This document shows, piece after piece, positions 1 through 11,329 of a stretch of DNA of 49,287 nucleotides. The position numbers and the translations under genes were made by a program. Origin of the DNA: Catajapyx aquilonaris (taxonomy: Eukaryota); contig KZ538760.1 in assembly GCA_000934665.2 (NCBI GenBank), positions 1 to 49,287 on the forward strand, in the 5' to 3' direction. The number at the start of each line of letters is the position of its first letter. Within the stretch, counting starts at the first letter, position 1. The notes under the pieces are model-generated. The model saw only the letters and a list, made by a program, of their open reading frames with translations. It was not told the DNA's origin and did no database searches.

Positions 1-986
1 CCCTGGAGCGCCTGGACTACCTGTTCCCGTTGCTCAGCTGAGTGACAGCCCACCCTAATTCCTGAATGCACCTTGGTGATAGTTTTAAACCCTTGTTAGG
101 TAGGATTCTCTTGTAGGTAGGATTCTAGGGAAACTGTGCAAACATGTGCAACCACATCCAGGAGGCGAGTCACTCCTTTTATTAGCATAGTGTGGGTTTG
201 TGACCTTTAGGTCCTAGCCACACTTTCGCTCAAATGGAATAATGAGTCCATCACAGTAAATCCCCCGGGCATCCTGTATACCCAACGACCCCTGAATCTG
301 ATACACATTCTCACTCCTTGACCACACGTCCTGTACCATTGCGCAAAGTCATGTGAGTCCTGCAGGGTTCTTGCCCTGGGACTCTGACGACATTCACTGC
401 CGGTTCCGACTCAATAAATACTAGAGGATTGTCCACAAACGGGGGCAATTCTTCTGAGCTTGGTTCTCAGTATGTTAGTTGTTAGTGACACCAAGCCAGA
501 AGCCAACCTGAAGACCAGTGACGCCAGACTCTGACGACCGGGTCCTAACCAACCGAGTGAGGTCAGGATCTGAGACATCCAGGGGCGACTACCATCGCTC
601 ATCATCCATAGCCAGGAGGGCCATCTCCAGACGAGACGCCGGCACAAGTCGACTTGGGTGAGATGTCCACACCAGAGTAACCCTGTGACTTGTATAATGT
701 GTTACCTAAATAAACTGAGTTAGTCTGAGACCCTGTGTCCGTTTTGGTTCTGTTCTCCCAAGGAGCTCTCACCATCGTGGGTAGATTCAGAGGTACTATG
801 TCGCTCAAAAACATAGAGACGATTTTGCATTTGACTCAAGTGCAGCCTGCACTTGAATCAAATGCGAATCGTCTCTATGTTTTTGAGCGATATAGTACAT
901 ACGGGTAGGAACCTGCCCAGGTCCTACCTGTGGTAACACTAGCGGCTTACGCCCTAAACTTTAACTAGTTTGCCGCTAGCCTTACA
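1..986 (+). mobile_element. LTR (5' end not seen), diverged relative of the 1388-2268 and 10413-11318 LTR family
   Basis: Ends in CTTACA (981-986). Shares motifs in the same order as the other two copies: GGCGAGTCA, AGTGTGG..CCACACT, AAGTCATGTGA, ATAAATA, GGTGAGATGTC, AATAAA (709-714), TAGGAACC. Confidence 0.7.
793..898. mobile_element. ~105-bp near-perfect palindromic MITE inserted into the LTR
   Basis: GTACTATGTCGCTCAAAAACATAGAGACGATT... pairs with ...AATCGTCTCTATGTTTTTGAGCGATATAGTAC. TA flanks the CTAT..ATAG core. Absent at the equivalent site in the related LTRs. Confidence 0.8.
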
Positions 987-1387
987 ACAGTATAAATTAA
1001 TTATTGCCCATAGGTATTGCACTTATTGGATGGGGGTAATAAGTTAGGTACCTTGACAAATTGCACATAAGCATTATTGCCATTTTTATCAGGTGAACTG
1101 GATGAAATGTACTGCACAAACAGCAGCTAATAGGGAACAAATTATCCAGTACATGCGTGAAACTCACGTGGTGAGGAGGAGTAATAAAGAAAATAAAAAA
1201 ATGACGATTACAGAAATTCTGAGGATCTACCCCCGACTTCTTGATTATGAGGGGTGTCTGGTAAATTCCAGTGAATCGAATATGTTTGTATCTTTGACAC
1301 CAATACATTCTGAATTACTATATTTTCCCAGTACAACCTGAAGTATGTTTGACATGCTGAAAGTGTCGAACAAGAATTTCATGATAT

Positions 1388-2268
1388 TGTTACATTTAGG
1401 GCTAAAACCCAGTTCATTTTCGGCAATTACACGTTCTTCTAACGTTGTGCTGAAAGGGCTCTGACCTGAACTCTATTTAAGGGGGTTTGTGGTAGCATGA
1501 GTGCTCCACATCCTGGGCGAGTCATTCTTCGAACACAGTGTGGATTCATGACCTTTTAGGCTGACCACACTGTTCCCCAACTATTCAGGAAGACCTCATC
1601 TTGTTAGTTTCCCTCTGAGTAGTCAGCGGACCCTATGAACTCGAAATACTGAGAAACATCCTTTTTTCCAAGATCACGTTTCCTGTACATGTACTAAAGT
1701 CATGTGAATCCTGGAGGGCGGTGCTCTCAGGATTCTCACGCCCTTGAACTTCCAGCCTGAGTTCCATAAATAGGGGATGGGTTAGTAGAGAGGGGGCATT
1801 CGGAATTGGAGTCAGTTGTTATCCGGTACAAGTGTTAGTAGTACTTGGCTGTGACCAAGGAACGTGAACTTTTGGGAGGGGAGTCGTTCGGTGGATGTCG
1901 AGGCGGACGAGCATCGGCCACTGAAGACCTGAAGCCCTGACCAGACGTCCTACTCCGAGAAGGACAGTCACCAACCCGTAGACATCGGGACGCCTACCAG
2001 GATCAAGTCAGAGTCGACTAGGTGAGATGTCTACCCAAGAACATGGTTGTAACCATTGAGTGTGTCTGTTAAATAAATACCTGTGTTTGATGCAAACCTG
2101 TTGTTGATGACTCCGTTATTCCATGCTGAGTTCTTTATCCGTTAAATAGATCAGACGGTAGGGAATAGGAACCAGCAGGTTGCCTATTCGTAATAGGTCG
2201 TAGAGGTACGCCCTCAGGCCAAGTTAACTTCAGTTAACTTAATCCTAATTAACTACGACGCTATAACA
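1388..2268 (+). mobile_element. Solo LTR (Gypsy-type), 881 bp
   Basis: TGTTAC...ATAACA termini. 4-bp TSD ATAT at 1384-1387 and 2269-2272. TATA-like ATAAATA, then AATAAA at 2072. A close relative lies at 10413-11318. Confidence 0.9.
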
Positions 2269-2565
2269 ATATCATTTGTGAGGGATGCACCCAAAAATTC
2301 GACATTTGCCAAAAACCACCAACCGGAGATGCAGGACCAGTTGAATAACATTGAAGATGGTAATGGTTTCAATTTTACAGTAAGAGCAATTTTCATTAGC
2401 ACTTATCATTGCAGAGTGTATGAAAGCCATACTTCTGTTGACCGCAATCATCCGGAAGGCCGCGATTGAACGCCGTCAGAGCAAAGGGAACAAGAAAGAG
2501 TCACGTTACTGATGCTTGCAAGCGGATCTCAAGTGTTCAATTATATTTGTGCAGGTAAGAAATAT

Positions 2566-3689
2566 TGTCGGATTTTAATGTCACTACAGTTAATTTGAGG
2601 ATACATACACATATAATTGCAACTGTCAGACGGCCTGCAGGCTTGAGTCAGTACGGTCGTGCTCACTTGGAGCTCCTTTTCTCCCCGCATCTATCCTCTC
2701 ACCAACCGACTCCCCGTTTGACTCTGAAAATCATCTGGTGGTCCTTGTCAGTGCACATTGCTGATACCGTTCCACTATGGAGGGGGTGACAATGGACGCA
2801 ATTCGATCCCTGCTGGATGGTCTTAAAGCTGACCTAGTTGCTGGGATGGACCAAGTCACATGGACTTACGCACGTCCTGGGAGGAGTCACAGCGAGGTAT
2901 GCTCAATGAACTGGAGGACTTAAGAGCCACCACCAACACACTGAGAGGATAAAATACGTTGCTGAAAGCGGAGGTGAGCCTTTTGGGGACACAACTGGAG
3001 GAATATCCCGTCGACTCAACCTCGTCCTGTACGGGATACCAGAGAAGGGGCCGGAAAAATGGGCCGAAACGGAGGTCTTACTCCGCTCAACGCTTCTCGA
3101 CTTCAAGCTGCACTCATCCCCTAGCACTGAATTTCAACGTGTCCATCGGGTGGGGTCTCGTCCTGGACACCACCCCATAATAGCGGCTTTCCTCCGCTTT
3201 TCGGACAAGGACGTCATCATGTCGAACGCCAGAAACCTGAGGGATACGCCGTTTAGCCTGTCCGAGGACTTCGCCATGGCAACGGAGTCACCTAACCACA
3301 AGACCACAAGCTGGGGGATTTGAGAAGAGGCGATCGGACAAATAAAAGGGGAGGACACTGAGAGAAAAGAGGCAGAGTGAAAGGCAGAACGAGAGAGAAG
3401 AAGTGAAGCAGCTGAGACCAGACGAGATGCAGAGAAGACCTGAGGCTGGTACGAGGCCGTGAAGAGGAGGACCAGCCGAAGGCGACCATACACAACATGA
3501 GAGATTGAGGATAAGTGTATTATATGGAAGTGTAAATAAATGTCTGTTTTGTAAGCCTGAGTTAATCAATGTGAGACACCCGTGTAACCTTTCTGGCTAG
3601 ACAAGCAAGTGCTAACAGTCATGTGAGCGCCCCAGGCTCTGGTAAGGGAACATGGTGATCAGGGGATACCAATACAGAGCAACGTCACA
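2566..3689 (+). mobile_element. Solo LTR-like element of a different family, carrying an embedded ORF1 fragment
   Basis: TGT...ACA termini. ATAT TSD at 2562-2565 and 3690-3693. ATAAAAG near 3342, purine-rich R-like tract, AATAAA at 3535-3540. Confidence 0.75.
2860..3285 (+). pseudogene. Non-LTR retrotransposon ORF1p fragment (L1-type coiled-coil + RRM/CTD)
   Basis: Frameshifted translation ..LLKAEVSLLGTQLEE/SRRLNLVLYGIPEKGPEKWAETE../..EFQRVHRVGSRPGHHPIIAAFLRFSDKDVIMSNARNLRDTPFSLSEDF matches the SRRxN-GIPE, RxHR, RPII and ISEDF motifs. Confidence 0.8.
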
Positions 3690-4773
3690 ATATCTTAAAG
3701 AGATACCCTCGATTTGTGGACTTCAATGAATGGGTATGTAGATTGGCAACTCTAGGAAAGAAGCATTCAGATTCTATTCCCATTACTGTCTTTCATAGAT
3801 CAATGATGAATTTGAAAGCATCGTAGGAGACTTTGTGCCTCTCTCTGAGGCTTTCCAAGTAATTCAGGAGAGCCTCCTTAAGCGTGGAAAGTTGCTTCAC
3901 GATAACAGTGCCAAGGAACTGTTACATAACCTGCAAGCCACTGCTCTATAATATAATGAAGGTATCTATACAGTCCTAATGTGAAAGTACCACTATCTCC
4001 TATCATGAGACATTTTTTTGAAATGCATGTTACGAATAAAAATAATTTCTGCAGCAGAAACTACCAGGACATGTGTGATGCTTCTGCCATATCTTCTTCG
4101 TGGTCCAATGAAAAGGAGAATCGATCCGGGGAAAGCTCTCAAGCAAATGTACTTGGAAATTGAGGTAATATGTTCATTGATATTGCTTAATGAAGTTGTG
4201 ATTTCAATATTATAAGTTGGAGCAAAGTCAACTTGTAAGGGATGTAGCTCCGTCAGAGCATATCAACTTACTCATTGCTATATATCTGAATGATTAGAGA
4301 TTCTTGACCTGGATACAAAAATACAGGATAACAAAATTAATTTTTATAGTACTTATTGCCACTGGCTGGTATGAAATATGTGCTCATGTACCTGACAATT
4401 ATTTTTGTTGTCACTGATTATTCGTGTTATTTCTAGGACGGCCTGTCTTTAGAACAAGCTGTGGAGAGGGCCCAAGATGCTGCTGGAATGCTTCAGCCAG
4501 GTCTGATATGCCTCCAGGGGCAGTACTTTGTTGTGGTTGATAAACAAGCCATTTTAATAGACACTGCAAGCACACTATAGGATGGACTGTGCTTCCTCTT
4601 GAAGTGTTTTTACACATTGAATTTGAAGTACCCATCTTCACTGTCCCATGTCTACGCATTCATTGAAACTCTCATGAAGCTGAAAGGTGACAGTGTGACT
4701 AAGGCACCAGCAGTGGTACTGGATTTTCTGCAGGAACTAAAAGGGAGTGCTAAGGGTAAGGAGTGACAACATC

Positions 4774-5134
4774 ATGATACGCTACATTTGCTTGAAAAAC
4801 ATTTCAACCATACCCTCACTTCGTAAACATCTGATATGGCACAGGAACATGGGACAATTATTACATCCAGTAGCATGCAAAGAAAGTGTAAATTGTGCCA
4901 AGACCTTTGCTACAGTTTATAATTACCTGCGACATATTCAGCTGAGTCATGAAATTACCCCCAGATACTTTACTAATACCCTCCAATAATGCAACCCTTC
5001 CTGGAGGATGCAGAAATGTTCATTACCCTCATAATCCACCCAGCACCCAGGAATCAGAAGAAAAATGCAACAATACAGACTCAGTTGAAAATATGCGGAA
5101 GGATATTGTAAGGACCCTACACGGAAGCGAATAA
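4774..5134 (+). pseudogene. N-terminal C2H2 zinc-finger region of a CACTA/EnSpm-type transposase
   Basis: ATG lies 7 bp after the SAMD3-like stop. Reads ICLKNISTIPSLRKHLIWH..CKESVNCAKTFATVYNYLRHIQLSH, then frameshifts. Confidence 0.6.
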
Positions 5135-5171
5135 AGGTGTGACCGTTTTGATTTATTAATTTTCATCTCCA

Positions 5172-5499
5172 TGTCACGGGACCCTCCTTTCTACTGTATT
5201 CTGTATTACGGTATCCTCTCCCCTTCATTTCTGTTGGCTACCATGTTCTGATCTTCATCTGACATTGTATACTATGTATCATACCCACAATGCATTGGGG
5301 TCTCGTCCCTATATAAGACGAGGTCTCTAATCCCTCGAGGCCTTTTGGTCGTTCCCTCCGGGGGAGGCCATTGGCCGTGCCACTCCCTTTTCCTCAACCC
5401 CTTTACATCCTGACGCCCTTGTTGTACAGATCATTAAAGGTTACTATGAGATGAACCCATTTTGTTTTGTGTTCGCCGTTTGGTAACATTTCGGTGACA
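5172..5499 (+). mobile_element. Short LTR (328 bp)
   Basis: TGTCAC...GTGACA inverted termini, TATATAA at 5310, ATTAAA at 5433. No matching TSD or PBS seen. Confidence 0.65.
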
Positions 5500-5621
5500 A
5501 AGGTATATAAAGCGACACGGTGCTGCGGAAAAGGCAACCAGATTGAACGTTCAGTGACTCTCGTGAGTGTGTCGACAAAGAAGAGAGCAAAAGAAAGAGA
5601 GAAGGAGCAGAATGATGCCAA

Positions 5622-5890
5622 TGGAACCAGACGCATTATTTTATGCCAATAGGCAGAGAAACCGAGTGGTAGCAGGGCTACAGGGGGTTGAGCACGCTAT
5701 TACAGGTGTTGGGCGCAAATGGTTGGCCATCGCTAGGTTACTAGACCATATCCTAAAAGCAGTCCGGACCCTCACCCGTCGGGTAGGGGACCTAGAAAAG
5801 ATGCAGGGACGGTACCTAGCGGAAATACCAACCCGACCTAATAGTCGGCTCACATCTCCCATGGAAGGAGTTTTAATTACTGTGGACTAA
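5622..5890 (+). CDS. Small ORF of unknown function, copy 1 (~89 aa, MEPDALFYANRQRNRVV..)
   Basis: Open frame that aligns along its length with the paralog at 6295-6619. TATATAAA at 5504 upstream and a purine-rich leader. Confidence 0.5.
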
Positions 5891-6009
5891 AGACAACTCC
5901 CTCTCAACAGGAGAGCGGGAACTTTTACAAAAAGCAGTAGAGTCAATCTATGTAAATTGAAGGAGTTGAGGATTTTCAGAAGGAGTTTGGAATGTATTAT
6001 TTGTGTGTG

Positions 6010-6172
6010 CAAAATTACTAAGACTTTGAATTTCAAAGAGGGACATGTGGTGGCCGTGTGGTATCCCACCCGGTATGTTAAGAAATCCACGAAATTACTA
6101 CATCAGTTTAGAGGCCCATGTAAGGTAATCAAGAAACTTAGTGACCTCAGCTATGTGGTAGATGCCACGTAG
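6010..6172 (+). pseudogene. Gypsy integrase C-terminal GPY/F module fragment
   Basis: FKEGHVVAVWYPTRYVKKSTKLLHQFRGPCKVIKKLSDLSYVV. Confidence 0.75.
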
Positions 6173-6294
6173 AGTGCGAAAAAAAGCAACCAGAGTGGTT
6201 TTGTCAGTAAGAGGAACGAGAGTAACTAGACCAAGAGCAGGTACGAGAGTAAGTAGACAGAGAGAAAGAGAGTAGAGTCAAAGAAAGGGAAGAG

Positions 6295-6619
6295 ATGGAG
6301 TTCTACTCCAATAGACAAATAAACCGGGTTGTCATTCGGCTACAGGGGATAGAAGATGCCATCAGAGAGGTAGGGCGAAAGTTGGTGGCCATCGCCACCG
6401 TATTACATAGTATCTTTACAACCGTCCGGGACATCAAGAAAAAAAATGGAAACCCTGGAGAATACGCAGCGCCAATTTTTGGCCACAGTACCCACCAGAC
6501 CCCACCGTAGTCTCGAAGTACCGGTGGAGGGAGTTCTGGTACCCATGGATCTGTCCGTCCCCTCCTTCAACCGGAGTGGGGTATTTTCGGACGTGCCAGA
6601 ATCGACATTTTTGAACTGA
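6295..6619 (+). pseudogene. Small ORF of unknown function, copy 2 (~107 aa after removing one A from the A8 run at 6439-6446)
   Basis: MEFYSNRQINRVVIRLQGIEDAIREVGRKLVAIA..VRDIKKK/METLENTQRQFLATVPTRPHRSLEVPVEGVLVPMDLSV.. aligns with copy 1. Confidence 0.55.
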
Positions 6620-8601
6620 GAGATTTGGGTAAACTTGCAGATCTGAGACGTGAAGAGGGGCGTTGAACTCCCCCCAACCACTTTACAGAGGCAGTAGAAT
6701 CAAGATGCAAATTGAGGGAGTGAAAAATATTCAGAAGGATTTGGAATGAATTATTTGTGTGAACAAAATTATTAAGATTTTAAATTTCAGAGAGAGAGAG
6801 GTGATGAATGACCATAATTCAATCCAGAGAGAAGAAAAATTGATAAGGACGATCTGAAGAGGGTCTACGATGGAGAGAACGTCGAGACAAGAAAGGATGA
6901 ACTGGATAAAGGAAACGTGAGTAGAAAACGTTTGACGGGAACTAAGTGATTTTGGCACGGAATTAAAATTTGTGAAGATAACGTTGAAGAGAAAATGGCG
7001 ACTAAAATTTCAAGGGATAAGTTGAGAGGAATAATTCAGTTGTAAGCAAAACCAAGCTAGAGCTAAAATGTGTAGTCAGAGGCTACAAAAGAGAGAAAGC
7101 ATGACACATAATGCCGAGATAGGCATAAACTGAGAAGCGAAGCAATTCGTTAAACAGTATGATAATGTTCGAAAATCATTGCATTAAGTAACAAAGAGCA
7201 AATAGAGACAAAAAGGATATTGAGGATGAAAAAAGGTGTATGCGAGAATAACAGGCATAGAGCTTAAACGTGAACACCGAGGATAATATTTGGAATGTGA
7301 TGTAGGGTGAGGTTCAACAATGGAACCGTAAAAAGCTTGTCTTATGACCCTAATATAACAACGCCGTCATGAACATTTACAATTAATCCATATTGTATGC
7401 CGAAAATACGTCTTAATAGGAGAAATCTACGAAAGTTTTACCTAAGTAGGGTACGGAGATGACCCAGGACATTCGAGAACTAGGAGTTTAAAGGGTACAA
7501 GTACATGAAAACTTGCATGAAGCCGTTTTTGTTTACTTATGTAATGTGCCCTCCAACTCATCGTCATACGTTTGATGACTAACATGATTTTGTTCTAGGA
7601 TGAATTATGTACATAACATAATCTTATTTTCAGTTGAGTAATCACTTGTCATTTACTCAAAATCTTATTAAATCACTCCTCAACTTTACAATAATCAAGG
7701 AGAAGAGTCATTTTAACTTGATAATTTTTGGAGTAATTTAAATTAGCACGTCAGCTGTGACCAGTACCCTGTGAGATAGTGAGAGTAAACAGGATGTGGT
7801 AAACTGATAAACCACAAGTGTGAAGGCGTGATAGAAAAAGTTTGCGTTGAAGCAACACCACTTGCTTGTAATGACAAGCGAGTCAATGAATTAACCAGCA
7901 TCAGTTAGGGTGCAGTTGAATGGTTATTTAACGTAAAACTTATAAGTTATAGTTTGGGCCTCAAAGAATAATTGTTACCAAATGGGTATCGCATAATGCG
8001 GGAGGATGTAGATTTAAAGCAACGACAAAATATAGGCATGGAGTGAAGATTCATTTCCATATGTAATAATAATGACAGGATAACCATATTTTATTCCAGG
8101 CAGTATAAAAGTCTGAAGATGTAACCAGCATAGGTGGCATATACCACATAATGATGAAGCCACTTGTTCAAGGAGATTCTTGAAATGAATAACCAAATTA
8201 TTTTTCAGCAGTTATTAATGATTAACCAGATTTTATAACCATAATTATATGTGATTGACAAGAGTTATTTACAGAAGAGCTGTCAGAATTTTGAGAAATA
8301 ATTGAATTAAAACTTTGGAGGAAGTAATACCATTTAAAAAGAGGAGTAAATCCCTTTGTTAAACGTAAACAAATGTACTCAAAGGTCAGCCAACTGTGCT
8401 GATAAGCAGCTGTGGGATAACACACTAGATCCTACATAGCAGCCGGAGAAAGGGGGTGTTACTAATAGTTCGCATGCAACCGAGGCATTAAAATACACAT
8501 CAACTGATTTGGATGTGGTACAGTAAATCCAATTAGTTTTGAAATATTGAAGTATTGAATTATTGCAGTTAACTGATGCGCGACAGAACTTACTTTGAAC
8601 A

Positions 8602-8826
8602 TTAATAGAGGCACGAGAGGGCCACTTCATACGTCACATCCGACGTCCTTCTTACAATTTCACAAGGTCCTCTGAACTTGTGTAACAATTTGTCTGCCTT
8701 CTTGAGAAACCTGGTCGGATGCCATACCGTACCTCGGTCTCCTTTCTTGAAGTAAAGCATCCTGGGCTTTACATCATAATTTGCCTTTTGCTTTCTCTGT
8801 GCGGCAACAGTGCGGGCTTTGGCCAC
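8602..8826 (-). pseudogene. Gypsy integrase C-terminal GPY/F module fragment
   Basis: AQRKQKANYD..FKKGDRGTVWHPTRFLKKADKLLHKFRGPCEIVRRTSDVTYEV. Possible very degenerate integrase core upstream, to about 9230. Confidence 0.8.
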
Positions 8827-9848
8827 TTCATGATTTAAGCCCCGTTTAATCAGTTTATTCAGTCACGGTGTAAATTCCGTTCATGTGCGTAAGCCATATT
8901 ATATACAGCCATGGGGTAACACGTTAATTTGGGAACCGTATAAGGAAACGTATCGGCGGAAGGGGTCGGATTGCGGTTTCACAAGTGCTCCTCACCAGTG
9001 ATTGTTGACTAATCGTTTTTGCTACTTGCGATACTTGAGGGTCATTGCTCTAAGATCGACAGTCACGTGCGAATTTTCCTCGTTTGACATTCCATAAGTA
9101 ATTTGATAATAGCACTTCGGTGGGATGCAAAAGAGATATGCATTTCCCTGATGGTAGCTTCGTTGTTTTGCGTCAACCCATGAGTTGGTGAGGACATACA
9201 ACACCCTAGGAAGAATCACACCGGACTGGTAGCAACTACGACGAACTCCGAAACGTGTTTTAATGTTGAGGGATGGGCATTGTTTGTTTATATCGATTTA
9301 CGTTTAAATTACCACTTGTTATAGGGGAAAGAGTTCAGGCTTCTCTTGAGCTCGGACCGTTCTGTTGTATGCTTCACACACCGGACGAGAGTGCTCGTAC
9401 GGCGTCTGACTTCACAGTTCGAGTCGCGACGGATGACAGTCGCTGGTAGATGACAATTTTTTATCATGTCCTCATTTGTTTTGGGGGACCTATTTGAGTT
9501 GTTTATTTTTATGTATCATGGGATAACACCTCATTGTTTTGCATTATGCCAGGGGTCTCGCCACACTGCAATAAATGCACATTTGTGTTGGTCACTTAGT
9601 GAGCGAGATCGCTGAAGTTTCAATTATTTTTCTGTTCGTTGGGACAATGTCCTCTGATACGCTGGTTTGGGTGGAGCTGGAAATATGTGGAACTGTAGGC
9701 TACTCTGTGGACGTTATTGGAGCCTGCTTACAGAACTACGTGCGAAGTGTGGTACTGGCGCACCGCTCCTATGTGGTGGTGTCCTCCTGCTTTTCTGACT
9801 TTACCCTTTGAGCCTCGAGGGCGAGGCCTTCTTTTTTGAGGGGGGGAG

Positions 9849-10408
9849 TGTAAGGACCCCCCTACATGGGTATGAGAATCCATTATTCCCTTATATGGGC
9901 ATGGGTACCTCACTCTTTGGCAACTAACGCCTAGTCAGAGGAGTCTTGGAAGTGACACGCCCTTAGGGTGCGGTTGTGGTCGGCCACATACGCACATGAA
10001 TCAGAGAGCTGGGGGATAAAAGGAAGAAGCCCCAAGAGAAGTCACTCAGAAGAAGCCAAGAGTCAGTAGGCAGACGCAGCAGAAGAGTCAGCAAGAAGTC
10101 AGAAGTCAACTCAGCCATGCAGTCTATACAGCGGTGGCTGGAGAGCAACTAGGTGGAACAGGAGAGGAAGGCGACTCGGGTGAACCGAGGTCGCCTACCA
10201 GAACATCAGAAGATGGACCAGCATTGAGGTTGCCACCCAGACAGCTCATCAGAGGATCTTGAGTATCAGAATGTATTAGCGTTTATATAATAGTGTTTTG
10301 TAATAAAAGCAAAAAGAACATCTGACTGTTTGTATACCCTGGAACACTCTGGGCTACACCAAGCGAAAGGCTGACCAATGTGAGGCTACGTTACCCCGGA
10401 ATCTTACA
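9849..10408 (+). mobile_element. 3' LTR (560 bp) of a Gypsy-type element, preceded by a polypurine tract
   Basis: PPT GAGGGGGGGAG at 9838-9848 directly precedes TGTAAG. Ends CTTACA, AATAAA at 10302, followed by ATAT. Confidence 0.85.
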
Positions 10409-10412
10409 ATAT

Positions 10413-11318
10413 TGTTACATTTAGGGCTAAAACCCAGTTCATTTTCGGCAATTATACGTTCTTATAACGTTGTGCTGAAAGGGCTCTGACCTGAACTCTA
10501 TTTAAGGGGGTTTGTGGTAGCATGGGTGCTCCACATCCTGGGCGAGTCATTATTCTAACTCAGTGTGGATTCATGACCTTTTAGGCTGACCACACTGTTG
10601 CCCAACTATTCAGGATGACCTCATCTTGTTAGTTTTCCTCTGAGTAGTCAGCGGACCCTATGAACCCGAAATGCTAAGAAACATTCTCTTTCCAAGACCA
10701 CGTTTCCTGTACATGTCCTAAAGTCATGTGAATCCTGGAGGGCGGTGCTCTCAGGATTCTCACGCCCTTTAACTACAGCCTGAGTTCCATAAATAGGGGA
10801 TGGGTTACTAGAGAAGGGACATTCCTTCGGGGCATTCAGATTCATTGAGAGCACTCTTTGAGAGTCTCTTGTAATCCTGAACAAGTGTTAGCCGTACTTG
10901 GCTGCGACCAAGTGTCGTGTACTTTTGGGGCGGGCCATTCGGTGAATCCATGTGAAGACGAGTCGAAGCCATCGGAGACCAGCAGCCCTAACCAGAACCA
11001 CATCGAGGGAAGGACGGCCATCCAGCCAGAGCCATCCAAGACGAGTACCACCAGCGAATTCGACCATCTAGGGTGAGATGTCGACCAGTGTGTACTGGTG
11101 TACTTGTGATGTGTGGTTGTACAATAAAACCTGTGTTTGATGGAAACCTGTCGTTGAAGACTGTTATTCTCCGCTGCGCTCTTTACCAGTTAAATTGATC
11201 TGACGGTACGGGATAGGAACCATTGCAGGTTGCCTATTCACTATAAGTCGTAGAAGTACGCCCTGAGGCCAAGTTAACTTTGGTTGACTTAATCCTAATT
11301 ATCTACGGCATTATAACA
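10413..11318 (+). mobile_element. Solo LTR (Gypsy-type), 906 bp, same family as 1388-2268
   Basis: TGTTAC...ATAACA termini. ATAT TSD at 10409-10412 and 11319-11322. The first ~400 bp are highly similar to 1388-1790. Confidence 0.9.
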
Positions 11319-11329
11319 ATATGCAATGC

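Larger units (their letters stand above)
1093..4766 (+). pseudogene. Spliced SAMD3-like accessory gene of an animal CACTA/EnSpm transposon (exons 1093-1260, 3799-3961, 4055-4164, 4437-4766)
   Basis: All exons have AG/GT boundaries with compatible phases (0,1,0). The joined peptide reads YMRETHVVRR..ILRIYPRLLDYEGCL|INDEF..LLPYLL..QPGLICLQGQYFVVVDKQAI..LKCFYTLNLKYPSSLSHVYAFIE, resembling this family. Two in-frame stops. Confidence 0.7.

Noticed and set aside
383..560. Hammerhead ribozyme/retrozyme (CTGACGA occurs twice in the LTR)
   Set aside because: No stem II followed by GAAA and no closing helices could be built by eye.
1388..11318. One full-length 9.9-kb LTR retrotransposon bounded by the two similar LTRs
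   Set aside because: Each LTR has its own ATAT TSD, there is no PBS after the first or PPT before the second, and CACTA exons continue across the first LTR.
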